This document shows, in pieces, positions 9,760 through 19,900 of a stretch of 64,000 bases of DNA. A program made the position numbers and the translations under genes. Source of the stretch: a virus. Under the pieces are notes generated by a model. That model saw only the letters and a program-made list of their open reading frames with translations. It did no database searches and was not told where the DNA came from. The stretch covers positions 32,001 to 96,000 of the IMG/VR virus record IMGVR_UViG_3300027741_002766; one strand, given 5' to 3'. Each line of letters starts with the position of its first letter. The first letter of the stretch is position 1.

Positions 9760-10549
9760 CTATGTCTCCCAAGTGCTTTTTGCCCATGGCATGAAAAGAT
9801 GTGCCGGCCCAGGCTATCTTTTTGGGACGTTTGTCATCTATATATTCAATTTGAAAGAAGTCTTCATCCAGTTGAGTAAGTGTGTGCTCGGGCATGACAC
9901 TGGCCAGGCGGAATGGTATGTTGTCTACTTGTAAAGTATGACCACTCACAATGCCCAAGGCAATACTGAGTGCATAGTCATTGCGATAGTTAGAGCCAGT
10001 AATGTGATAGAGATCTTTGTAGTGGCGCCAGTTGTTTTTGATCATGTTCATTGAATCAAAAATGTATTGTGCTGTGTTTGATTTTCTAAACATCATCACA
10101 GTAGCCCACCACATGGGCATGCGATTGGCACCAAACCAGTTGAGACCATCAAAGTCATTCATGCTGGTCATGTCCCAGGCAAGTCTATGGCACATGAAAT
10201 CTTGTGGGCTTTCGATTACAGTCTTTAACTCCGTGCCGCACACCACATAGTCAGCGTCTAATACTAGAGTTTGGTCCCAAGGCGAGAGTCGATATGCATC
10301 AGTTCTACCTGCGTTGTGCCAAGACACAGTCGCTTGATAATCCTCAAACCAACGTGTTCCTCCGGAAACTGGCGCCGCATTAATGACTTGATCTGCACCG
10401 ACAAGTCGTGGATCTGTTGGATCTGCGTCTGTGACGATGGCCACTGGAATGTTGAGGTGCCTATGAATTCGTTTAGCACTCCACCCAGCCATAGCAACGT
10501 AGTCGGTTTGTTCATTGTCAAACGCAAATATCAATGCGCCTGTGGTCAT
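9743..10549 (-). CDS. Nucleotide-diphospho-sugar transferase-like protein (GT8-like)
   Basis: SPWDQTLVLDADY (DxD), RNDYALSIA, FHAMGK; distant paralog of 9025..9759. Confidence 0.65.
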   Translation of the reverse strand: MTTGALIFAFDNEQTDYVAMAGWSAKRIHRHLNIPVAIVTDADPTDPRLVGADQVINAAPVSGGTRWFEDYQATVSWHNAGRTDAYRLSPWDQTLVLDADYVVCGTELKTVIESPQDFMCHRLAWDMTSMNDFDGLNWFGANRMPMWWATVMMFRKSNTAQYIFDSMNMIKNNWRHYKDLYHITGSNYRNDYALSIALGIVSGHTLQVDNIPFRLASVMPEHTLTQLDEDFFQIEYIDDKRPKKIAWAGTSFHAMGKKHLGDIVANSR

Positions 10550-10854
10550 CGCTTGCGACTCTGTTCTTCATATTCTACCAGCCAGGCATTCATTTGTTCT
10601 TGCCAATGGCCATGTGCCCGAGCAAATAGTTCAGGCACATTCACACGCACGGGAGTCTCATACAAGTCTAACAACACAACATCCGTGTCTTGAGCACAAC
10701 TAAGTAGAGTACATTGTAAGTCAGGGCCTGCTCGCCACATGCCACCGCCATGAGCAAACAACATCCGGGCTTCGTACTTTTCTTTTAGTACACGTCGTGC
10801 GGCCACATGATCAAAACGTGCTCGTGCATGAGCAATTAGTGCATCGGTATTCAT
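10546..10854 (-). CDS. Hypothetical protein (102 aa), first gene of the enzyme operon
   Basis: ORF directly downstream of a sigma70-type promoter; stop overlaps the next ATG. Confidence 0.75.
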   Translation of the reverse strand: MNTDALIAHARARFDHVAARRVLKEKYEARMLFAHGGGMWRAGPDLQCTLLSCAQDTDVVLLDLYETPVRVNVPELFARAHGHWQEQMNAWLVEYEEQSRKR

Positions 10855-10860
10855 TGTGCG

Positions 10861-10889
10861 ATTATAAAAGAAAAAGAGGTAGAAGTCTA
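10861..10889 (-). promoter_or_regulatory. Sigma70-type promoter TAGACT-N17-TATAAT
   Basis: -35 at 10889-10884, -10 at 10866-10861, 6 nt before the ATG at 10854. Confidence 0.7.
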
Positions 10890-10894
10890 CCTCT
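10865..10894 (-). terminator. Intrinsic terminator ending the tail/baseplate operon
   Basis: 8-bp stem agaggtag/ctacctct (10875-10894) followed on the minus strand by TTTTCTTTT. Confidence 0.75.
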
Positions 10895-10913
10895 CAAATA
10901 CCCAAATGTAATT

Positions 10914-11897
10914 TTAAGGACCGCTGGAGTTGATAGTTGGTGTGCCCCAGGTGTTACTCAAGTATGTTGTCGATGGTGGAATATAGGTACACAACACTGT
11001 AGGTGCTGTGCCTGTAATTGTGGTTGAGGGGCTGTTTGTTGCAGTGCCACCTGAAATGTTATTTGTTTGTCCTGCACCCGAAACTGCTGGTTGGCTCCAG
11101 GTGATAGCCAGTGTCAAATCGGTTGCACTGCCCGCTGCCGCAGTGACTGTAATAGTTTCACCAGTGTACGGAGAGGTGTCATTGGCCAACAAGAATATGG
11201 TCACTGGGGTTGATGTCAACGCATAATATCCTGTGGATGTGGCCAAGGTGGTTTGTGTGCCGCCTGTGCCGCCAATTCTGGTTGTGCCTGTGTAAGCAGT
11301 GCCGGCAATGGTTTTGCTGGCCGCCGCTCCAGTAATATAAATTGATCCAACTTTGGCAACAAAAGCATTCCAATCTGGGTCAATGTCAGTGCCAGTTGAT
11401 GTTTTACTCATTTGCAGTCTAATACGACCACCGGCATTAAAGAAATAACGTGTCTGTGCGGCACTAGGAAATGTTATGGTCTGGTTCCAAGTAAAGGACC
11501 AGGATGTGGTGCCCCCACCGGTACCAGTGGTTTTAGAAACAGTGCCAGTCCATGTTCCGTATTCTGTGCCCACTGCCACGGCATTGTTACGGTTGGTTGT
11601 ACAGTTGTTGATGTCGGTTTGCACATTGGCCAAAATACCAACTATGTTGCCGGTAACAGGTGCTGTTCTTGATGTTATGGTGGTATTGGTTTGACTGCCT
11701 GATGTGGCCAAGTTGTTGACCAAGGTGGCCCATTGTGTGGCTGCCACAGTATTGCCTGTGGTTTGTGCTACAAAAGCAGTTTGTCCCCAGCCTTTGTCAC
11801 CTGAGCCTGTTGACCAAATGTCATTCAAACCACCTGCTGTGGTGGTAAATGTGTTGTAGTCTGCGGCAAGTATTTGTGATCCTGATGAGTAAGTCAT
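10914..11897 (-). CDS. Thr/Gly-rich virion (tail/fibre) structural protein
   Basis: MTYSSG..ILAADYN N-terminus, RYFFNAGG motif, very Thr-rich; last gene of the structural operon. Confidence 0.6.
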   Translation of the reverse strand: MTYSSGSQILAADYNTFTTTAGGLNDIWSTGSGDKGWGQTAFVAQTTGNTVAATQWATLVNNLATSGSQTNTTITSRTAPVTGNIVGILANVQTDINNCTTNRNNAVAVGTEYGTWTGTVSKTTGTGGGTTSWSFTWNQTITFPSAAQTRYFFNAGGRIRLQMSKTSTGTDIDPDWNAFVAKVGSIYITGAAASKTIAGTAYTGTTRIGGTGGTQTTLATSTGYYALTSTPVTIFLLANDTSPYTGETITVTAAAGSATDLTLAITWSQPAVSGAGQTNNISGGTATNSPSTTITGTAPTVLCTYIPPSTTYLSNTWGTPTINSSGP

Positions 11898-11909
11898 TGT
11901 TATATCCTG

Positions 11910-13112
11910 TTATTTGATTGTGACAATGGCTTCTACTGTGCCAAGTCCTGTGTCTGTTTTATTTACCAAGGCGCGACCAATTACGTTAAAAGCAGTGGCC
12001 TCTTCGGGTGCAGCCGCTCTGGCAATGCCATCGCCTGCTGAAATCAATCTATCGCCCTTGTATACCACTCCTGTCACACGCACAGGCACACGACCTGTCA
12101 TGGCCACTGGAGGATGAGTGTCGTCCTCCCCAGCACCACCGTTCATGGTAAATGCAGGTCTGGTACTGATCACCCCAAAAACTGCACTGCTGGCGTCTGT
12201 TTTGACCTTGGTAATTTCAGCAGATCCGCCTAGTTCAACCACTGTGCCCGGAGTGTACACATCGTCTGCGGCAAAACGCTCGGCCACGTCGGCGTAGAGT
12301 GCTGTGGTTGCTTGAGCAAAGATTCGGTTGAAGTAACTGCCCGATGATCCAATGTTGCCAATTGCGTTGCCTGCACCATTGATGATAGCAGTGGCATAAC
12401 CACTGGTGTTCACAGTGATTGTACCGGCAGCACTGGTGTTGGCATCCGAACGCATGAACTGACTGCTGGTCAATCCGTTTAGGGCCAGTGTATTTGTCAC
12501 ATTACCCCAAACAGCATTGTTAGCAATGCCTGTGGCCATGGTAAGACCGGGATTGACTGCTTGTACGCCCCATCCGCCAGTGACTGCGGTACCAGGAGTA
12601 AAAGTTTGATCTTTGCTGATAATACCCACAATGGTATTGTTGGAGTACAGTTCAATTACAAAGTGTGAAGTTGCTGTGTTGTCTACTATTGTGGCCACAA
12701 TAGCACCTGTTGTGCCTGTGCCTGGAGTATATGCAGGACCTACCACAATCCAGGCCGAGCCTGTCCACACATTCAACTGTTGATTTGTTGTGTCATACCA
12801 TAAATCTCCGATGGTATTATTACTTGGTGCAGAAGCGGCAGAGGTTGCGCCTCCAAGAGTTTTGAATCCAGTACCATTGTACACTTGCATGGTGCCGGCA
12901 GTCTTGTTCCACCAAAGTTGACCAGTTAACGGTGCGCCAGGAGCAGTGGTATTGGCACCATTTTCTAATAGGCGAATAAAGTTATCGCCTAAGAATTGTC
13001 CATAACCTGCCCAGTTTTTTCCCACCAGGGTCATGCTGGAACTAGTATTAACGGTACCATCTGCTACTACAGCATAGATTGCGCCATCAGTTAGTGTGAT
13101 TGTATATGACAT
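11910..13112 (-). CDS. Tail fibre/baseplate protein with C-terminal intramolecular-chaperone (autocleavage-type) domain
   Basis: TLVGKNWAGYG..NFIRLLEN, GQLWW and GDLWYD repeats; ALYADVAERF...PVAMTGRVPVRV..KGDRL C-terminus. Confidence 0.7.
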   Translation of the reverse strand: MSYTITLTDGAIYAVVADGTVNTSSSMTLVGKNWAGYGQFLGDNFIRLLENGANTTAPGAPLTGQLWWNKTAGTMQVYNGTGFKTLGGATSAASAPSNNTIGDLWYDTTNQQLNVWTGSAWIVVGPAYTPGTGTTGAIVATIVDNTATSHFVIELYSNNTIVGIISKDQTFTPGTAVTGGWGVQAVNPGLTMATGIANNAVWGNVTNTLALNGLTSSQFMRSDANTSAAGTITVNTSGYATAIINGAGNAIGNIGSSGSYFNRIFAQATTALYADVAERFAADDVYTPGTVVELGGSAEITKVKTDASSAVFGVISTRPAFTMNGGAGEDDTHPPVAMTGRVPVRVTGVVYKGDRLISAGDGIARAAAPEEATAFNVIGRALVNKTDTGLGTVEAIVTIK

Positions 13113-13136
13113 GTGTTACTCCGAATGTTCTATTTG

Positions 13137-13144
13137 TATTTATG
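13137..13144 (-). promoter_or_regulatory. T4-type late promoter CATAAATA
   Basis: Upstream of the ATG at 13112, with a GGAG SD in the leader. Confidence 0.65.
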
Positions 13145-13757
13145 CTGTAGTCAGGTTGGTAAGGGTCTGTATACGCACAGTATAGTCAATTTGTATTTGA
13201 CGGTTCAAACTCTTCTGTACCGGGTGAAAAATCACGTGGGTCAGCAGTCGTAGATTACTTGCGCTGGTAGTAAAGGCTTTTAGGCCCAGTTCGTCAAACA
13301 CATATTCGCCATTAAAATTGGTCGAATTGTCAAAGGCTTGTTGTCCTGGCGGTTCGCCGTAGTCCAGCAAGCAACTGACCAAGATATCAGTATAGGGCTT
13401 GCCCGATGTGTGTAGCACTTCCATGTAGTTGTTGGCAGGATCTGAGTCGGCTACTGAGTTATCATCAACTACTTTGGCGTAGGTTTCGTTGTAGAGATCT
13501 GCGTTTTGTCCGGTTGTGTTTGGGGGTAAGTAGGTGATAATCCCAGTGGGATCCACACTAGATCCGCCGTTGCCAAATGCCATTTCGTATATCCAGCCGC
13601 CGCCCTGGGCACTGGTTCTGTTGCTGAGTGTTTCAGCCAGGCTGATACTCATGTTTTCATAATGGATAGCATTCTTTTTGTCCACAAAGACTTCGCCCGA
13701 ATTGGGATCAAATATTTTGACAAATCCTTCAATTTTTACCAATCCAGAAGAAATCAT
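13140..13757 (-). CDS. Conserved virion/baseplate protein (205 aa)
   Basis: NAIHYEN, MAFGNGG, FDELGL, LLTHVIFHPVQKSLNR; located in the baseplate module. Confidence 0.65.
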   Translation of the reverse strand: MISSGLVKIEGFVKIFDPNSGEVFVDKKNAIHYENMSISLAETLSNRTSAQGGGWIYEMAFGNGGSSVDPTGIITYLPPNTTGQNADLYNETYAKVVDDNSVADSDPANNYMEVLHTSGKPYTDILVSCLLDYGEPPGQQAFDNSTNFNGEYVFDELGLKAFTTSASNLRLLTHVIFHPVQKSLNRQIQIDYTVRIQTLTNLTTA

Positions 13758-13900
13758 GCTCGTGTCTCCACAAAAGTTTCCTGGGTTTTTGGATCAAAAA
13801 TCTTTACAAAACCCACAACCGAAACTGATCCAGTTTCATTGGGTCGTTTGGGCTGTGCCGCGGAATTGGTTTGTTGTGTAACAGGTTGACTATTTTGCAT
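13754..13900 (-). CDS. 48-aa microprotein paralogous to the N-terminus of the downstream gene
   Basis: Hand translation MQNSQPVTQQTNSAAQPKRPNETGSVSVVGFVKIFDPKTQETFVETRA*. It has a late promoter 6 nt upstream and an ATGA overlap with 13757. Below the ORF-track cut-off. Confidence 0.8.
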   Translation of the reverse strand: MQNSQPVTQQTNSAAQPKRPNETGSVSVVGFVKIFDPKTQETFVETRA

Positions 13901-13906
13901 ATGACT

Positions 13907-13913
13907 TATTTAC
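13907..13913 (-). promoter_or_regulatory. Late promoter GTAAATA
   Basis: TAAATA core 6 nt upstream of the ATG at 13900. Confidence 0.65.
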
Positions 13914-13921
13914 CTTGTGAT

Positions 13922-16900
13922 TTAGCCTCTAAAAAACTCGGCCGCTGGTGTGGTAGAGTCTTGCAAAGGTGTGCCAGTTGTGGGATAGACTCCAGCACCG
14001 TACCAGCCCAGTCCTTGACGAACTTGTATCGACACTTGATAGCCCTGAGCAGGTGCTGTGTCAAATTCCACAGTTACCGGATTGTCAACGGTCACAGTGT
14101 AACCACTGGTTTGTAACAGTCCGCCCACATATACCAACACACATTTCTGGGCAAAACTCAGTCCTGGTGAACTAAGATCAACATCTGCTGTGAACACTGT
14201 GGTTGCACCATCTGCCAAGGTGTTAGATCCCACGTAGTGATCTTGGTACAACACCGGTGCTAGATTGTCGCGATTTAGATTGTAAACCACAGCATCAGTT
14301 ACGTGTGCGGCTGCGGCCGTTCCGGCAGTACCTCTCAGGAGACTGCTCACAGTATTGGCGATCAAATCTCGTTCACGATACATGATGCGCTCACCGTTTA
14401 CAGTCAACACACCCCATATATTGTTGGCCAAGTCTGGTTCAGCAAGAGCACCAGCATTGTCCACATACGCTACGTCATCATCAATTGCAAGATCTTGAGT
14501 TAGTATGGTAGTAGTGGCTGTGGTCATTCTGTAAGAGGCCTGTACTCCACGCATGTCTTGGAAGATACGTAATTCAATACCAGGATTGGGCTCGTTCTCA
14601 AGGATAACAATCACAGCACCGTTGGCAGGCGCAGTATTAAAAGTGACTGATGATCCAGCAAAAGTATAAGTGCTTGCGGCAACCACAATATTATTAATCG
14701 CCACCTCTACATCAGTAGCACCTGCAGGAACAGCATATGGTCCAGTGGTAGCGCCATTACCGGTATAATAAGTTATTTCACGTGAGTATACCCGCAAGTC
14801 CAAGGTGTCAAATATTGCACCCGGTACTAGTTCTTCTGGTGCATGACTTTCATAAGGGCCCACAAACTCTCCGCCCACAACATTGATGTCGGTGGCTCGG
14901 GTTCCTAGGTAAGGATCCAAGAAAGAACTTTCATATGTGGCATCCAGGATGCCTAGATCGTATGTGGGCTGGCCATCAGGACCATAAGAAATATTATCAA
15001 ACGGGCTGACATCAAAGTTACCTACGTCAAATCCAGTGTTTTGTGCAAAAGAGGGAGCAGCCACTTGTACTCCAGGATAGTCAACTCCGTCAATCAATAG
15101 TGGCAGGTCCAACCCTGGTTCGTTAGGACCTGGTACATAGAAGCCCATGGTGCGATCAACGCCACTCAATGAACTGGCTGCCACTGTGGTCCAGTTGGCA
15201 GGATCAAATGTGGATGACGTCACAGTTGTGTTGGCTGACCAGACACGATTTACGTAACGTACCTGTTTACCAGTTGTGTAAGTAACATTAGGCTCCCAAG
15301 GCACAATAGTAGTTGCGTATTGATAGCGATCATACTTGATGGTGGTGTTGATACTACGCACCAATTTGTTGCCCATCACAGCCACAATCTGCCCACCTGT
15401 GCCATTGCCACCTGTGATTGTGACTGTGGCAGTGGTAGTATATCCCGATCCTGGATCGGTAATGATCACTTGATTGATATGTCCTGCACTATTCACTGTG
15501 GCCGTCATCTGGGCCGGAGTGGTACAAACACCCGAGACTGTGAGTTGTGGTGCCACAGTATATCCTGAGCCACCGTCCACAATGATCACATCTTGTATGC
15601 TGAGAGCATAGTTTTCGAACCAAAAACTATAAGGTTGTGTTTGCCACAGTGTGCTTGAAGGTGCAACATCACTATAGATACTGGCGTGTCCGGTACCTTG
15701 TGCAGTGCTTAGATCGTAGGGAGTCAAAATAGGACTCATGTACTGATTGGGCACTTGTGAGTTGTTGTAGAACGCTGGCAAATCAAAGTCGGCCATACTA
15801 CCTTGATACGCATCAAAACCATTGTAGATCAAATTAAAAGCCCGGATACTCACATGATAAGGTTTGACTTCTTTGATATAATTCAACACAAAGTCTTGAT
15901 TGTCCTGTTGATAGGTTTGATATGGCAGCAGTTGTCTAACCTTGTGATCAACATCAATCAAACTGGTCATGTTCAACCATCCGGGTGCTTCAAATTCGCT
16001 GAGTACAAAATTAAACATCAAGATCAAGGCACGATTGCGTTCAATCAATAGTTCATCAATCAACAGTTGTTCATTGATGGCCTGTATGATTTTGCGTGTT
16101 TCGGTCACAGGTTCCTGGTCAAAGTGCTGTGCATCAAAAACTTCAACATCAAATCCAAAACGTCCCAGTGCGTAATCCCACAGTTCAGTCCGGAACTGTA
16201 TGGTACCATCTTGTAGACCCACGCGATCCCATCCAACATCTGTTCTTAGATAGATTTCAAATTTACCCTGGCTGTTGGCAGTGACCTTGACACTACTGCC
16301 CACAGGCGCCTGAGCCACACTCAGCGTGGCAAGATCAGCATAGTTGGCCACCTGGGCAATGATCTTGGTACTGGAATTGTATCCTGGGCGATACCAGGTC
16401 ACATATTGCCAGTAATTTCTAGTGTCATAGTTTTGCACACGAGTCAAGAACAAGGTATCAAAAGTTTTGGCGGCTGTCACAGCATAAATGGTCCACAAAC
16501 CATTTTGAGTACTGTCGCTGGCCACTAGGTATAGATAGCCCACTGGCACCTGGGCTAGGTCTTGATAACTCAATTGTTCAATATTGGCCACACGTTTGTT
16601 CCAGGCACCCAACCCGGCTGCTGGCTCAGGATCACTGCTGTTCAACAGTGCAAAGTTGCGAATTTCCGATATGGGATACTGCAACAACACAGCATTCACA
16701 TACTCTAGATAGTTTTGTAAAGCCAAGAATCTATCAGCAAACATGCTCTGGCGCGGACGGAATTGCACACCGTAGCGCAGGGCTGGACTCAGTGTAGGGT
16801 CAGGCACTAGATTGCCCTGTGGATCTGCGCCGCAAAAACTGTCTTGAAATTTCTGATAGAGATTGGCGGGCAGGAAGGCTTCGGCACGGTCTTGTGGTAG

Positions 16901-19900
16901 AAGATCATACTGCACATGCACATTGTCGTCTGTGAGTTGTCTATCAAATTCAATACTGAGCACTGTGTCTTGGGCACTGATCAAGTCAGTGGCATTGTAG
17001 ATGGCAGTGGCACTGGCGCTGACAAAGGCCACATAAGGAATACCGCTGGCACGGGGGTCAGCGATATATCTGGCTATGCCAGTGGGACTAAGAGTTTTTC
17101 CTGCTGTGCTATTGATTGTGGTAATATTTTTTACCCAGAAATAATATGTAGTTCCAAAAACTCCTGTTGTGGTGAGACCAGTGGTCACGCTGTAATTGGT
17201 AGTGGTTCTAGGTGTGCCAGGACCTGTGTAGTTGCCTGGTGGCACAGAACTTGCAGTCCACTGATAAACATCCACACTACTACCTGGGAATATTTGACCC
17301 CATCTGCGAGCCGCGTATACAATGTCATCTTGATTGGGATCAATGAATCTCACGGAATTGGTATCCCACCAGATTTGTCCTACCTGTCCGACAGCCCAGA
17401 TTCGTCCATTGTTGTTTTTGGCACCCACGTTGTAGGCTGCAGGATCCACAGCACCAGTGTAGTCAATATTTTGTTGCGCGGCACCTAGAATTTTGCCTTG
17501 TAATGGGTCAAAGAAATCAAAGAATGCAGTCTTGGCTCCAGTGATGCGATCATATGAGAACACTCCGTTGATCAAGGCCACATCTACCACTGGTTGTTGA
17601 ACATGTGTGACTCGCCAGGCAGGAGAAAGATCTGGATTGTTGAAAATGGACACTTGACCTGCATTTGAGTTGCCAGTAGGACTGCCTGCCAACAGTATAC
17701 CATTGGTATAGTCAACTGATGCGCCATATTGATACAACTGCTGAATAGATTGATCGTATACCTGTTGACCAAATGCAAATTTGCCAGGATTGCTGACTGA
17801 ACTGTTGGTGCTGGCAAAATAATCATATGTGTATACAGCGCCACTTTGTACCAATGGCCCACTGAACGTTGTGGTTTTGCTGTCAAAGTATGTGTTGCCA
17901 CCGTCAAACGTGTTGGGGCGATACAGGTTGCCACGTGGGGCACCCACAGTAAGAGTCAACGCACTGGTATCTATTTTCACAGCACTGCCAAAGGCAGCAT
18001 AGGCCGCTGGATAGGGACTCTCAATGGTTTGAGTGTAAACAAAAGTTTCAAATCCCATGCTGGAGAAAATGTTTCCAACTAGGCCAGGTAGCACAGTCAA
18101 TTTATTACCTGCTACCGCGGCATCCAAGTTCTTGACACTTATTGTAAGCAGACCAAATGTCTGTGTTCCTGCGACCCCAGCATAGGCCATCACATTGGGC
18201 ACTGTGCTAGAATTGATATTGTAGGCCAACTGTGCGGCCCAACTACTGGGTTGCCAATATGTGGTATCGCCCAGCGATGTGCCTGTTGGTACTGCTCTGA
18301 CGGCCACATATAGACTTGAACTGTTGATAACTATGGTTCCGACTGTGTAGGCCGAACCAACTAACCAGGCAGCAGGTGCGGTCAAAGCCACTTCCTGGTT
18401 GTTGATTCTGATAGTATCGCCTGGAGTCAATGTGGCATTGATAGTTGATGTTGTGATACCATACACACGACTTTGATTTACTTGACGTTCTACCAAGCCT
18501 GCGCCCGGTAACACGCTGCCATCCTGAGGTGCTCCCACATACAGGCTACAGTTGTAACGACAGAGGTCCACTGCCTGTCCGTAGTTGGCGCTGGAAGTAG
18601 GAGCATCGGATCCAATCTGTTGAATCTGATTGAATGTGTTGACTTCGACTACCAGGATGTCTCCTACCGCAGCCGGAGTGGTCAAGGTGATCTGATTGCT
18701 TCCAGTCACTGTGTATTGGCCATCAGGGTTTCCCGCAGTGTTGATCAGGAATTGATTGTTCAATGAAACTGATGTAGGAGCAACCAATGAAGCATCCGTT
18801 TGATATACAGTTTGTGTGGCACTGGTCACAATAAATTGTTGCACTGATCTATCATAGACGTAAACCGATCCTGCATAAGTTACACCATTGTAAGTGTTGT
18901 TGGAGCAACCAATCATGACTTGTCTGCCGTCGGTGCCGCAACTGACTGACTGACCAAATCTTGCATCGGCTGCAAGTCCGCCTGGTGCAAGTGATGTGAC
19001 ATAGTTATAATAACTTTGAGTTGTTACACCGATTGTGCCAGTTGGAGCCGCTGTGAATGTTATATCTCTAGTGGAATTGCTGAATGTATAATCAATTGTG
19101 GGTCTTTGAACAATTCCGTTTACTGTTACATTGAAACTGTAAATGTTTAGAGCAGAGTACAAATATTCATTCAACGAAAACACCTGAGTGATGCCATTGC
19201 CTGTGAATGTTTGAGCCACACGACGACCAATCTTCAGTTGAAGATCTTTGACCGGAGTTGAATTCAAAACCACACTGTCTGCAGTCACAGTGTAGTCAGT
19301 TGAATAAGTCAACAGTTGATTGTTTAGCACCACAAATAGTTGTTGATATGCTCCAGAATCAATCACTATGTTGTCGCTGTAGTTGTAGGAATAGGAAACT
19401 CCGTCAGTGATATAAGTTTCCAGTTGAGTTTCAACTGGCACCAATCCGTAAGCAAACACTTGATTGATTCCTGGTGCACCAATGTACATCCAGTTTTCAT
19501 CTGCGCTGATAGCAATGCTGGTACCAAATTCACTGGCTGAATTTATATAACTGGCATTGGGCACTGTCAACAGATTTGAAATAGCAAAACTTGGGCTGTT
19601 AGGGAATCTGTAGATCACAGCCACATAGCCAGAGTTAGCACTTGAGTCGGCACCAAGGCTGGCTGGGGCACCCACTGCGCCCCAGGTTTGATTGCCCACA
19701 CTGACTGCGGTGCCAAGGCCATACACTCCTACTGCATTGGATTGTAACAAACTGTTTTGTGTGAACGGATTGGTTGATGTTCTCACATAGGTATAAAGTG
19801 CACCAGCACCAGAATTGTAGCCTGGGCTACCTACAAATGCAAACACATTGTCTCGGGCCTGTGCGACACCAGCGCCAAATTTATTGCTGGCCACTGACGG

